Under the pieces are notes generated by a model, which did not search any database, was not told the DNA's origin, and saw only the letters and a list, made by a program, of their open reading frames with translations. The translations under genes were made by a program, and so were the position numbers. This document shows positions 10,465-19,156 of a stretch of 32,000 nt of DNA, one piece after another. The stretch comes from Longivirga aurantiaca. GTDB lineage: Bacteria > Actinomycetota > Actinomycetes > S36-B12 > CAIYMF01. Location: the NCBI RefSeq assembly GCF_042660085.1, contig NZ_JBHSTI010000008.1, positions 1,509,876-1,541,875 of the forward strand, written 5' to 3'. Each line of letters opens with the position of its first letter. Position 1 is the stretch's first letter.

Positions 10465-11241
10465 TCAGGGGCTGGCGAGGCGGCGGAGCTTGGTAGGGAT
10501 GCTGGCGGCGGCGTCCTCGTCGAGCAGGAAGAGGGTGCGCTCCCGGCCGCGGGCGCCGGCGGCGGGCAGCTGGATGCGGCCGGCGTCCGACAGCGCGAGG
10601 CGCACGGAGTCGGCCTTGCCCGCCCCGCTGCCGAGGATCCAGACCTCCCGCGACGCCGTGATCGCGGGGAAGGTCAGCGTGACGCGCTCGGGCGGCGGCT
10701 TGGGGGCGCCGTGGACGCCGACCGCGCCGCGCTCGGTCTCGTGGACGGCCGGCTGCTGCGGGAACAGGCTCGCCACATGGCCGTCCTCGCCGATGCCGAG
10801 CAGGCACACGTCGAAGCTGGGCACAGGGGCGTGGTCCTCCGGTCGCGACGCGCGGAGCAGGTCGTCGGCGTACCGCGCGGCGGCCTCGTCCACGTCGAGG
10901 CCGGGCACCTGAGCGGCGACGGCGTGGATGTTCTCGGCGGGGATCGGAACGTGGTCGAGCAGGGCCTCGCGGGCACCGGTCTCGTTCCGCTCCGGGTCGC
11001 CCGCGGGAAGGAACCGCTCGTCGCCCCACCACAGGTGCAGGGCCGACCAGTCGATCGCGTCGCGCGCCGGGGACGCGGCCAGCGCCGCCAACGAGGCCGT
11101 GCCGATGCGACCGCCGGTCAGGCACAGGGTGGCGTAGCCCGACGCCGACTGCGCGTCGACGATCCGGGTCACCAGCCGTGCGGCCACCGCCGCCGCCAGG
11201 GTGGCCTGGTCGCGGTGGACGAGCACCTCGGGCGTGGTCAT
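10465..11241 (-). CDS. pgl: 6-phosphogluconolactonase
   Basis: The ATG (rev 11241) overlaps the opcA TGA (ATGA). Motifs LTGGRIG, HLWWGDERF and LLGIGEDGHVASLFP are present. 258 aa. The rest of the 569-aa track ORF is an artefact. Confidence 0.9.
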   Translation of the reverse strand: MTTPEVLVHRDQATLAAAVAARLVTRIVDAQSASGYATLCLTGGRIGTASLAALAASPARDAIDWSALHLWWGDERFLPAGDPERNETGAREALLDHVPIPAENIHAVAAQVPGLDVDEAAARYADDLLRASRPEDHAPVPSFDVCLLGIGEDGHVASLFPQQPAVHETERGAVGVHGAPKPPPERVTLTFPAITASREVWILGSGAGKADSVRLALSDAGRIQLPAAGARGRERTLFLLDEDAAASIPTKLRRLASP

Positions 11242-12350
11242 CGGGCCCGCCTCTTCGCCGCACTCTTCGTGGCGGGAGCCTTCGTGGCCGGTGCCTTCGT
11301 GGCCGGTGCCTGCTTCGCCGCAGCCTTCGCGGGCGCCTTCGCGGCGGGAGCCTTCTTGGGCGCGGGCTTCTTCGCGGGTGCCGCCTTCTTCGCGGGTGCC
11401 GCCTTCTTCGCGGCGGCGGTCCTCGCCGCCGCTGCCGGCGGCTGCGCGTCGAGGTCGACGACGGCCTGCAGCGTCTCGCCGTACACCTCGTCGGCGTCGA
11501 GGCGGCGCAGCTCCTCCGCGATCAGCCCCTCGGTCGTCCGCCGCCCGAGGGCCGCCTCGCGGTCCGGGAAGCCGGGGCGCGTCAGGTGCGCGACGCCGCC
11601 GGCGGGCCGGCTGAGCGTGATGTCGCCGTGGGTGGTGTGCACCGACACGCCGGTGAGGCCGGGGCCCTTGCTCGCCCTCACCTGGACGGGGACGCCGAGC
11701 CGCGCGTGCAGCCAGGCGGCCAGCAGGGTGCCCGACGGGTTGTTGCGCTCCACCTCGACGGTGCAGCCGGTGATCGGGTCGTGCGGCTGGTCGAGGTTGG
11801 CCGCCAGCAGGGCCCGCCATGGCGTGAGGCGGGTCCAGGCGAGGTCGGTGTCGCCGTCGACGTAGCTCGTACGGCGCTCCTCCAGCGCCTTGAGCGGCCG
11901 CGCAGCGGCTGCGGCGTCGGTGATGCGCCGCTGCGCCAGGCGCCCGACAAGGTCCTCGGAGGGCGACGCCGGGGCCTTGCCCGGCCACCAGACGACCACG
12001 GGGGAGTCGGGCACGAGAAGCGGCAGCACGACCGAGGCGATGTGCTGCGAGAGGTGGCCGCGCAGCCGCAGCTCGACGAGCTCGCCGAGCCCGTCGCCGC
12101 CGCCGACCGTGATGACGGCGTCGAGCCGTGGATCGGTGCGCCCGGGCCGGGGGATGGCCGTGAGGATGCGGCACGGGTGCTCACGCGCGGCCTCGGCGGC
12201 GGCGACGACGGCGTCCGCCTGCGTCTCCTCGTCGGCCACGATCACCAGGGTGAGCACGCGGTTGACCGCGCTGGATCCCTGCAGGAACCGTTCGCGGTTG
12301 ATGGCGCTCGAGACCTCGCCCGCGGTGGTGTCGTCGAGCCTGACGCTCAT
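11238..12350 (-). CDS. opcA: Glucose-6-phosphate dehydrogenase assembly/effector protein OpcA, with a C-terminal Ala/Lys/Pro repeat tail
   Basis: The ATG (rev 12350) overlaps the zwf TGA (ATGA). It occupies the zwf-opcA-pgl position. The body is OpcA-like (NRVLTLVIVADEE..., VVWWPG...). The last ~67 aa are AKKAAPAKK/APATK repeats. Confidence 0.88.
   Translation of the reverse strand: MSVRLDDTTAGEVSSAINRERFLQGSSAVNRVLTLVIVADEETQADAVVAAAEAAREHPCRILTAIPRPGRTDPRLDAVITVGGGDGLGELVELRLRGHLSQHIASVVLPLLVPDSPVVVWWPGKAPASPSEDLVGRLAQRRITDAAAAARPLKALEERRTSYVDGDTDLAWTRLTPWRALLAANLDQPHDPITGCTVEVERNNPSGTLLAAWLHARLGVPVQVRASKGPGLTGVSVHTTHGDITLSRPAGGVAHLTRPGFPDREAALGRRTTEGLIAEELRRLDADEVYGETLQAVVDLDAQPPAAAARTAAAKKAAPAKKAAPAKKPAPKKAPAAKAPAKAAAKQAPATKAPATKAPATKSAAKRRAR
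11241..11441. repeat. Degenerate tandem repeats (3 x 15 nt at 11265-11309; ~2.5 x 18 nt at 11367-11410) encoding the OpcA AKP tail
   Basis: cttcgtggcgggagc / cttcgtggccggtgc / cttcgtggccggtgc, and cttcttcgcgggtgccgc x2 plus a partial copy. All read directly from the sequence. Confidence 0.8.
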
Positions 12351-13888
12351 GGCCGCCTCCACTGGCGTCCGTCACGGGCGAGCATCGCGTGGGCGCTCGC
12401 CGGTCCCCAGGTGCCCGCGTCGTACTGCTCGGGCTGACCGCTCTCGGCCCAGTGCTCGAGGATCGGGTCGAGCACCTTCCAGCCGAGCTCGACCTCCTCG
12501 TGCCGGGGGAAGAGCGGCGGGTCGCCGAGGAGGACGTCGAGGATCAGCCGCTCGTAGGCCTCGGGGCTGTTCTCGGTGAAGGAGTCGCCGTAGGCGAAGT
12601 CCATGTTGACGTCGCGCACCTCCATCTGGGTGCCCGGCACCTTGGAGCCGAAGCGCAGGGTCACGCCCTCGTCGGGCTGCACGCGCAGCACCAGGGCGTT
12701 CTGCCCGAGCTCCTCGGTGTCGGTGACGCTGAACGGCAGGTGCGGGGCGCGCTTGAACACGACGGCGAGCTCGGTCACCCGGCGCCCGAGACGCTTGCCC
12801 GTGCGGAGGTAGAACGGCACACCGGCCCATCGACGGGTGTCGACCTCGAGCCGGACGGCCGCGAACGTCTCGGTCGTGGAGGTGGGCGAGATGCCGTCCT
12901 CCTCCAGGAACCCGATCACCTTCTCGCCGCCCTGCCATCCGGCCGCGTACTGGCCGCGCGCCGTGCCGAGGTCGAGGTCCTCGGGAAGCGTCACCGCAGC
13001 GAGCACCTTCTCCTTCTCCAGGCGCACGTCCCGCGCGGAGAACGTCAGAGGCTCCTCCATCGTGGCGAGCGCGAGCAGCTGCAGGAGGTGGTTCTGGATG
13101 ACGTCGCGTGCGGCGCCGATGCCGTCGTAGTAGCCCGCGCGGCCGCCGATGCCGATGTCCTCGGCCATCGTGATCTGCACGTGGTCGACGTAGTTGGCGT
13201 TCCAGATCGGCTCGAACATCGTGTTGGCGAAGCGCAGGGCCAGGAGGTTCTGGACCGTCTCCTTGCCCAGGTAGTGGTCGATGCGGAAGACCGAGCCCGA
13301 GGGGAACACCTCGCCGATCGTCTCGTTCAGGTGCTGCGCGCTCTCGAGGTCGTGACCGAAGGGCTTCTCGATCACGACGCGACGCCAGGCGCCGTCCGCG
13401 GAGACCGACAGCCCGCTGCGCTTGAGCTGCTGCACGACGTCGCCGAAGAACTTCGGCGGGATCGACAGGTAGAACGCGTGGTTGCCCTGGGTGCCGCGCA
13501 CGCGGTCGAGGTCGAGGACGGTCTCGACGAGGGTGTCGAACGCCGCCTCGTCCGCGAAGTCGCCCGCCACGAAACGGATGCCGCGGCACAGCTCCTGCCA
13601 CACGTCCTCGCGGAACTCGGTGCGGGCGTGCTCGCGCACGGAGTCGTGCACGATCTGCGCGAAGTCCTGGTCGGCCCAGTCGCGACGGGCGAAGCCGATG
13701 AGCGCGAAGCCGGGCGGCAGCAGGCCGCGGTTGGCGAGGTCGTAGACCGCGGGCATCAGCTTCTTGCGCGCGAGGTCGCCCGTGACGCCGAAGATCACGA
13801 GGCTGCACGGCCCCGCGATCCTCGGAAGGCGGCGGTCGCGCGGGTCACGGAGGGGGTTCTCCGTGGGGGTCCAGATGCGGGTGCGCAC
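12347..13888 (-). CDS. zwf: Glucose-6-phosphate 1-dehydrogenase
   Basis: GTG (rev 13888) lies 8 nt after the tal stop. NADP motif FGVTGDLARKKL and signature RIDHYLGKE are present. 513 aa. The 945-aa track ORF was trimmed. Confidence 0.93.
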   Translation of the reverse strand: MRTRIWTPTENPLRDPRDRRLPRIAGPCSLVIFGVTGDLARKKLMPAVYDLANRGLLPPGFALIGFARRDWADQDFAQIVHDSVREHARTEFREDVWQELCRGIRFVAGDFADEAAFDTLVETVLDLDRVRGTQGNHAFYLSIPPKFFGDVVQQLKRSGLSVSADGAWRRVVIEKPFGHDLESAQHLNETIGEVFPSGSVFRIDHYLGKETVQNLLALRFANTMFEPIWNANYVDHVQITMAEDIGIGGRAGYYDGIGAARDVIQNHLLQLLALATMEEPLTFSARDVRLEKEKVLAAVTLPEDLDLGTARGQYAAGWQGGEKVIGFLEEDGISPTSTTETFAAVRLEVDTRRWAGVPFYLRTGKRLGRRVTELAVVFKRAPHLPFSVTDTEELGQNALVLRVQPDEGVTLRFGSKVPGTQMEVRDVNMDFAYGDSFTENSPEAYERLILDVLLGDPPLFPRHEEVELGWKVLDPILEHWAESGQPEQYDAGTWGPASAHAMLARDGRQWRRP

Positions 13889-13896
13889 GGCCGGCC

Positions 13897-15009
13897 TCAG
13901 CGCCCTGCCGCCGACCGCGCGGCTGCGAGGGCGGCGGTGACGGCCTCGAGCAGCTGGTTCCACGACTGCACGAACTTCTCGACCCCCTCGTCCTCGAGCA
14001 CCTGCACCACGTCGTCGAGGTCGATGCCTGCGGCAGTGAGCGCGTCGAGCGCCGCTCGGGCGGCGGCGTACTCCGGCACGATCGTGTCGCCCAGCACCAC
14101 GCCGTGGTCGCGCACTGCGTCCAGCGTCGCCTCCGGCATGGTGTTGACGGTGTCCGCCGTGACGAGGTCGATGACGTAGCGGGTGTCCGAGTACGCCGGG
14201 TCCTTCACGCCGGTCGAGGCCCACAGCGGCCGCTGCACGTGCGCACCCGCGGCCGCCAGCGCCTTCCAGCGATCCGAGGCGATCACCTCGGCGAACGTCT
14301 CGTGCGCCACACGGGCGTTGGCGATGGCGGCGGTGCCGCGCAGCGGGGAGCCGTCGCCCAGCCGCTTGTCGACCTCGGAGTCGACTCGGCTGACGAAGAA
14401 CGAGGCCACCGACTCGATGGTCGACAGGTCGTGGCCGTTGGCCTGCGCCTGCTCCAGGCCCGCGAGCCACGCGTCGAGCACTCCGCGGTACCGCTCGACC
14501 GAGAAGATCAGGGTGACGTTCACGCTGATGCCGGCGCCCAGCACCTCGGTGATCGCCGGCAGCCCCTCGAGGGTGGCCGGGATCTTCACCAGGAGGTTCG
14601 GCCGGTCCACCGCCCAGTGCAGCGCCTTGGCCTCCGCCACGGTCGCGGCGGTGTCGGCCGACAGGCGGGGGTCGACCTCGATGCTCACGCGTCCGTCGAC
14701 TCCGTGCGTGCGCGCGTGGACCGGTGCGAGCACGTCGCAGGCCCAGCGCACGTCGTACGTCGTCATCGCGCGCACGGCCTCGCCGACGTCGACGCCGCGG
14801 ATCGCGAGGTCGTGCACCTGGTCCGCGTACGCCGCGGCCCCGGACACGATCGCCTTCTCGAAGATGGACGGGTTCGTCGTCACGCCGACGACGTGCGACC
14901 CCTCGACGAGGGCGGCCAGGCCGCCCCCGGACAAGCGGCTGCGGTCGAGGTCGTCGAGCCAGATGGAGACTCCGGCGGCGGACAGGTCGGCAAGGTGGTC
15001 CTGGGACAT
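13897..15009 (-). CDS. tal: Transaldolase
   Basis: 370 aa. [28 protein letters not shown] and the active-site region LVKIPAT are present. Confidence 0.93.
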   Translation of the reverse strand: MSQDHLADLSAAGVSIWLDDLDRSRLSGGGLAALVEGSHVVGVTTNPSIFEKAIVSGAAAYADQVHDLAIRGVDVGEAVRAMTTYDVRWACDVLAPVHARTHGVDGRVSIEVDPRLSADTAATVAEAKALHWAVDRPNLLVKIPATLEGLPAITEVLGAGISVNVTLIFSVERYRGVLDAWLAGLEQAQANGHDLSTIESVASFFVSRVDSEVDKRLGDGSPLRGTAAIANARVAHETFAEVIASDRWKALAAAGAHVQRPLWASTGVKDPAYSDTRYVIDLVTADTVNTMPEATLDAVRDHGVVLGDTIVPEYAAARAALDALTAAGIDLDDVVQVLEDEGVEKFVQSWNQLLEAVTAALAAARSAAGR

Positions 15010-15037
15010 GTCTCGACCCTAGCCACGCCCGACGCAC

Positions 15038-15077
15038 CGCGCCCGGCCCACCCGGGGAATCGGGGCGGCCGGGCGCG
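15038..15077 (-). other. Intercistronic GC hairpin between tkt and tal (11-bp perfect stem)
   Basis: CGCGCCCGGCC (15038-15048) pairs with GGCCGGGCGCG (15067-15077), with an inner CCCG/CGGG extension. It lies in the 77-nt tkt-tal spacer. Confidence 0.4.
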
Positions 15078-15086
15078 GGCGTGCGG

Positions 15087-17198
15087 TCAGGACGAGGCGG
15101 CCAGCGACTCCTGCGCGGCGGCGACCACGGCCTCGGCGGTGATGCCGAACTCCCGGAAGAGGGTCGCGGCGTCGGCCGAGGCACCGAAGTGCTCGAGCGA
15201 GACGGCGCGGCCGTGGGTGCCGAGGTACTTCCACCAGCCCTGGGCGATGCCGGCCTCGACCGAGACGCGGGCGCGCACCGAGCTCGGCAGGACCGACTCG
15301 CGGTAGTCCGCGTCCTGCTCCTCGAACCACTCGACGCTGGGCACCGACACGACGCGCGTGGGCGTGCCCGCGGCCTCCAGCGCCTCCCGGGCCGAGAGCG
15401 CGAGCTGCACCTCGGAGCCGGTGGCCAGGACGATCACTGCGGGGGAGCCCCCGGACGCCTCGGCCAGCACGTAGGCACCGCGGGCCGCCTCGGAGGCCGG
15501 CGCGAGGCCGTCGGCCGCGCGGTCGAAGGTCGGCAGGTTCTGCCGGGTGAGGATCAGACCGGTGGGCTTGCGCCGGCGCAGGATCTCCTCCCACACAGCC
15601 GCGGTCTCGTTCGCGTCGCCGGGGCGGACGACCGCCAGGCCGGGGATCGCGCGCAGCGCCCAGAGGTGCTCGACGGGCTGGTGCGTCGGTCCGTCCTCGC
15701 CGAGGCCGATCGAGTCGTGGGTCCAGACGTAGGTGACGTTGATGCCCATGAGCGCGGCCACGCGGACGGCGCCGCGCATGTAGTCGGAGAACACGAGGAA
15801 GGTGCCGCCGAACGGCCGCAGCAGCCCGGAGAGCGCCATGCCGCTCAGGGCCGAGCCCATCGCGTGCTCACGGATGCCGAAGTGCAGGATCCGGCCGTAC
15901 GGCGACTGGCTCTTGCCGAACGGCGACGTCGGCGAGACCAGGGTGCCCTCGGGCAGGAACGACGGCGCGCCCTCGATGGTGGTGTTGTTGCTCTCGGCGA
16001 GGTCGGCGGAGCCGCCGACGAACTCGGGCAGCTGCGCCGCGATGGCCTGGATGACCTCGCCGCTCGCCTTGCGGGTCGCGACCGAAGTGCCGGCCTCGAA
16101 CTCCGGCAGCGTGAAGCCGTCGGGCAGGGTGCCGGCGACCAGGCGGTCGAGCAGCGTCGCGCGGTCGGGGTTGGCGGTGCGCCAGGCGGCGTACGCGACG
16201 TCCCACTCGCCGTGCAGGGCCGCGCCCCGGGCGCCCACCTCGCGGGCGTGGGCCAGCACCTCGTCGGAGACCTCGAAGGACTTCTCCGGGTCGAACCCGA
16301 GGATCTCCTTGGTGGCGGCGACCTCGGCGGCGCCCAGGGCAGAGCCGTGGGCCTTGAAGGTGTTCCGCAGGGTGGGTGCCGGCCATCCGATGACGGTCTG
16401 GAGGCGGATGAAGCTCGGGCGGCCGCGCTCGGCGCGCGCGGCGTCCAGCGCACGGGCGAGACCCACGACGTCGACGTTGCCGGAGGGCAGGACGTCGACC
16501 GACTGCACGTGCCAGCCGTAGGCGGCGTAGCGGGCCAGGACGTCCTCGTTGAACGCGACCGCGGTGTCGTCCTCGATCGAGATCTTGTTGTCGTCCCAGA
16601 CGACCTGCAGGTTGCCCAGCTTCTGGGTGCCGGCCAGCGACGACGCCTCGGAGGTGACGCCCTCCTCGAGGTCGCCGTCGGAGGCGATGACCCACACGTC
16701 GTGGTCGAAGGGGCTCGAGCCCGGTGCCGCGTCGGGGTCGAGCAGGCCGCGCTCGTAGCGCTGCCCCATCGCCATGCCCACGGCGGTGGCGAGGCCCTGG
16801 CCCAGGGGGCCGGTCGTGGTCTCGACACCCGCGGTGTGGCCGAACTCCGGGTGGCCCGGCGTGAGCGCGCCCCAGGTGCGGAACGACTGCAGGTCGGACA
16901 GCTCGACGCCGTACCCGGACAGGAACAGCTGCACGTACAGCGTCAGTGACGAGTGCCCGCAGGACAGCACGAAGCGGTCGCGGCCCAGCCAGCCGGCGTC
17001 GGCCGGGTCGTGGCGCAGGAACCGCTGGAAGATGAGGTACGCCGCCGGCGCGAGGCTCATGGCGGTGCCCGGGTGGCCGTTGCCGACCTTCTGGACGGAG
17101 TCGGCCGCCAGGATGCGGGCCGTGTCAACCGCGCGGCGGTCGAGATCGGTCCATGAGGCGGGGTCGAAGGGGGCTGCGGAGGAGGCGCTGATCGTCAC
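15087..17198 (-). CDS. tkt: Transketolase
   Basis: GTG (rev 17198) gives [16 protein letters not shown]. Motifs [12 protein letters not shown] (ThDP/Mg) and [20 protein letters not shown] are present. 703 aa. The 1035-aa track ORF was trimmed. Confidence 0.93.
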   Translation of the reverse strand: MTISASSAAPFDPASWTDLDRRAVDTARILAADSVQKVGNGHPGTAMSLAPAAYLIFQRFLRHDPADAGWLGRDRFVLSCGHSSLTLYVQLFLSGYGVELSDLQSFRTWGALTPGHPEFGHTAGVETTTGPLGQGLATAVGMAMGQRYERGLLDPDAAPGSSPFDHDVWVIASDGDLEEGVTSEASSLAGTQKLGNLQVVWDDNKISIEDDTAVAFNEDVLARYAAYGWHVQSVDVLPSGNVDVVGLARALDAARAERGRPSFIRLQTVIGWPAPTLRNTFKAHGSALGAAEVAATKEILGFDPEKSFEVSDEVLAHAREVGARGAALHGEWDVAYAAWRTANPDRATLLDRLVAGTLPDGFTLPEFEAGTSVATRKASGEVIQAIAAQLPEFVGGSADLAESNNTTIEGAPSFLPEGTLVSPTSPFGKSQSPYGRILHFGIREHAMGSALSGMALSGLLRPFGGTFLVFSDYMRGAVRVAALMGINVTYVWTHDSIGLGEDGPTHQPVEHLWALRAIPGLAVVRPGDANETAAVWEEILRRRKPTGLILTRQNLPTFDRAADGLAPASEAARGAYVLAEASGGSPAVIVLATGSEVQLALSAREALEAAGTPTRVVSVPSVEWFEEQDADYRESVLPSSVRARVSVEAGIAQGWWKYLGTHGRAVSLEHFGASADAATLFREFGITAEAVVAAAQESLAASS

Positions 17199-17206
17199 GA
17201 GCCACG

Positions 17207-17212
17207 AGCCTA
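17207..17212 (-). promoter_or_regulatory. Candidate -10 box TAGGCT, 8 nt upstream of the tkt GTG (leaderless or near-leaderless mRNA)
   Basis: The minus strand reads ggTAGGCTcgtggctcGTG. It fits the actinobacterial TANNNT consensus. No SD lies between it and the start. Confidence 0.3.
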
Positions 17213-17297
17213 CCGGCGGGAGGTGGCGCGGGGTCGGGGCCGGTAGACTCCCCGAGACCCGGCCGCCCGGGTCCGTCCCACTCCCAGGAGGTTGCGC

Positions 17298-18260
17298 GTG
17301 ACCGCCGTCGACCCCCGGCACCTCGATGCCGGTGACCAGGTCGACGCGTCGTCCGTCCGGGGCGACACCGGTCCCGTGCGCACCCGGTCCAAGGCAGCCG
17401 CGCTGCTCGCGCTGACCAAGCCGCGCATCATCGAGCTGCTGCTCGTCACCACCGTCCCCACGATGATCCTGGCCTCGGACGGTCTGCCCTCGCTGCTGCT
17501 CGTCGGGATCACCGTGTTCGGCGGGTTCCTGGCAGCCGGCGGCGCGAACGCGCTCAACATGTACGTCGACCGCGACATCGACCGGCTCATGGTCCGCACC
17601 GGTCACCGCCCCCTGGTCACCGGCGAGATCAGCCCACGGACCGGTCTGGTCTTCGGCCTCCTGCTCGCGGTCTCGTCGGTCGTCTGGTTCGCGCTCCTGA
17701 CCAACCTGCTCACGGCGGCGCTCACCGCAGCCGCGATCCTGATGTACGTCGTGGGCTACACGCTGTTGCTCAAGCGCCGTACACCGCAGAACATCGTGTG
17801 GGGCGGTGCCGCGGGCTGCATGCAGATCCTCATCGGGTGGGCCGCAGTCACCGGCTCGATCACCTGGGCGCCGGTCGTGCTCTTCGGCATCGTGTTCTTC
17901 TGGACCCCGCCGCACTACTGGCCGCTGTCGTTGCGCTTCAAGGACGACTACGCAGCCGCCGGTGTCCCGATGCTGCCCGTCGTGGCGCCGATGTCGCGTG
18001 TGGCCAAGGAGATCATCGGCTACTCGTGGGCGATGGCGCTCACCTCGCTGCTGCTCGTCCCCGCAGCGGGCATGACCTGGTTCTACGCCGTGGCCGCGGT
18101 GCTGCTGGGCGGTGCCTTCGTCGCGGAGGCGCACGGCCTCATGCGCCGGGTCAAGCGCGGTGACGCGGACGTCAAGGCGATGCGGCTCTTCCACGGCTCG
18201 ATCACCTACCTCGCGCTGCTGTTCCTCGCCGTGGCGATCGACGCCTTCCTGCCGTGGTGA
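17298..18260 (+). CDS. ctaB: Protoheme IX farnesyltransferase (heme O synthase)
   Basis: AGGAGG (17286-17291) lies 6 nt before GTG 17298; TTG 17292 is the track start. [14 protein letters not shown] and the prenyltransferase motif [15 protein letters not shown] are present, with multiple TM helices. A TAGACT hexamer at 17244-17249 is a possible -10. Confidence 0.9.
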   Translation: MTAVDPRHLDAGDQVDASSVRGDTGPVRTRSKAAALLALTKPRIIELLLVTTVPTMILASDGLPSLLLVGITVFGGFLAAGGANALNMYVDRDIDRLMVRTGHRPLVTGEISPRTGLVFGLLLAVSSVVWFALLTNLLTAALTAAAILMYVVGYTLLLKRRTPQNIVWGGAAGCMQILIGWAAVTGSITWAPVVLFGIVFFWTPPHYWPLSLRFKDDYAAAGVPMLPVVAPMSRVAKEIIGYSWAMALTSLLLVPAAGMTWFYAVAAVLLGGAFVAEAHGLMRRVKRGDADVKAMRLFHGSITYLALLFLAVAIDAFLPW

Positions 18261-18282
18261 CCCGCTGCCGGTCGGCGGCAGC

Positions 18283-19152
18283 GTGACCGACGTCGTCTAC
18301 GTCACGCACGAGGTCGACCCCTCCCTGCCGTCGCCCGACGTCGACACCGACCTCGAGGTGGCGCTGGCCGCGTTCGCCTGGGAGGGCATCTCGTTCGAGG
18401 TGGCCGCCTGGGACGACCACGGCTTCGACTGGTCGGAGGCGGGCCTCGTGCTCGTGCGCAGCCCGTGGGACTACGTGCTGCGGCGCCGCGAGTTCCTCGA
18501 GTGGACCCGTGACGTGAGCGCGCTCAGCCGTCTCGAGAACCCCGCCGAGGTGCTCGAGGCCAACACCGACAAGACCTACCTGCGCGAGCTCGCCGACCGC
18601 GGCCTCCACGTCGTCCCCACGGGCTGGGTCGGGCGGGCCGACGACGCCGACGCCGTGGTCGCGCAGGTGCGCGGCGCGTTCGGCCCTCGGCTGGTGGTGA
18701 AGCCGACCGTGTCCGCCGGGGCGCGCGACACGATCCTCACGTCCGACGCGGTCGAGGCCGTCGCGCACGCCCGCTCGGTGCTCGCCACGGGCCGTGGCGC
18801 GATGGTGCAGCCCTATCTCGAGTCCGTCGCGGACGAGGGCGAGACGAGCGTCCTCGTCATCGACGGCGAGATCACCCACGCGGTGCGCCGGCGCCCCGCC
18901 CTCACCGAGGGCGGCACCGGCGCCGACGGCACCCTCGTGCCGCTGACCGACGAGCTGCGGGCGGCGGCCGCGCAGGTGATGTCGGCCTCGGGGGCGGAGA
19001 AGCTGCTGTACGCGCGCGTCGACCTCGTCCGGGACGCGGACGGACGCCTGGCACTGCTCGAGCTCGAGCTGACCGAGCCCACGTTGTTCCTCACGCTGCA
19101 CCCGGATGCGGCGCGCGTGCTCGCCGCCGGGGTCGCCGCGCGGCTGCCCTGA
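18283..19152 (+). CDS. ATP-grasp fold protein of unknown function (RimK/glutathione-synthetase-like)
   Basis: GTG 18283 lies 22 nt after ctaB. ATP-grasp-like blocks are present: DKTYLRELADRGLHVVPT, LVVKPTVSAGARDT, MVQPYLESV, LLYARVDLVRDADGRLALLELELTEP. 289 aa. Assignment is by motif pattern only. Confidence 0.7.
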   Translation: MTDVVYVTHEVDPSLPSPDVDTDLEVALAAFAWEGISFEVAAWDDHGFDWSEAGLVLVRSPWDYVLRRREFLEWTRDVSALSRLENPAEVLEANTDKTYLRELADRGLHVVPTGWVGRADDADAVVAQVRGAFGPRLVVKPTVSAGARDTILTSDAVEAVAHARSVLATGRGAMVQPYLESVADEGETSVLVIDGEITHAVRRRPALTEGGTGADGTLVPLTDELRAAAAQVMSASGAEKLLYARVDLVRDADGRLALLELELTEPTLFLTLHPDAARVLAAGVAARLP

Positions 19153-19156
19153 CCTG

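Noticed and set aside
10401-10496. 32-codon plus-strand ORF (MDAEKCRSTTIWAVTRGMREG...) starting inside the inverted-repeat spacer.
   Set aside because: Its third-position composition is mixed and unlike the real genes. It has no SD and runs into the 3' end of pgl on the opposite strand. It more likely reflects RNA or DNA structure than coding.
12389-16949. 596-aa (12389-14179) and 741-aa (14724-16949) plus-strand ORFs antisense to zwf, tal and tkt.
   Set aside because: Antisense shadow ORFs. The translations are dominated by R, G, A, D, V and E with no domain-like blocks.
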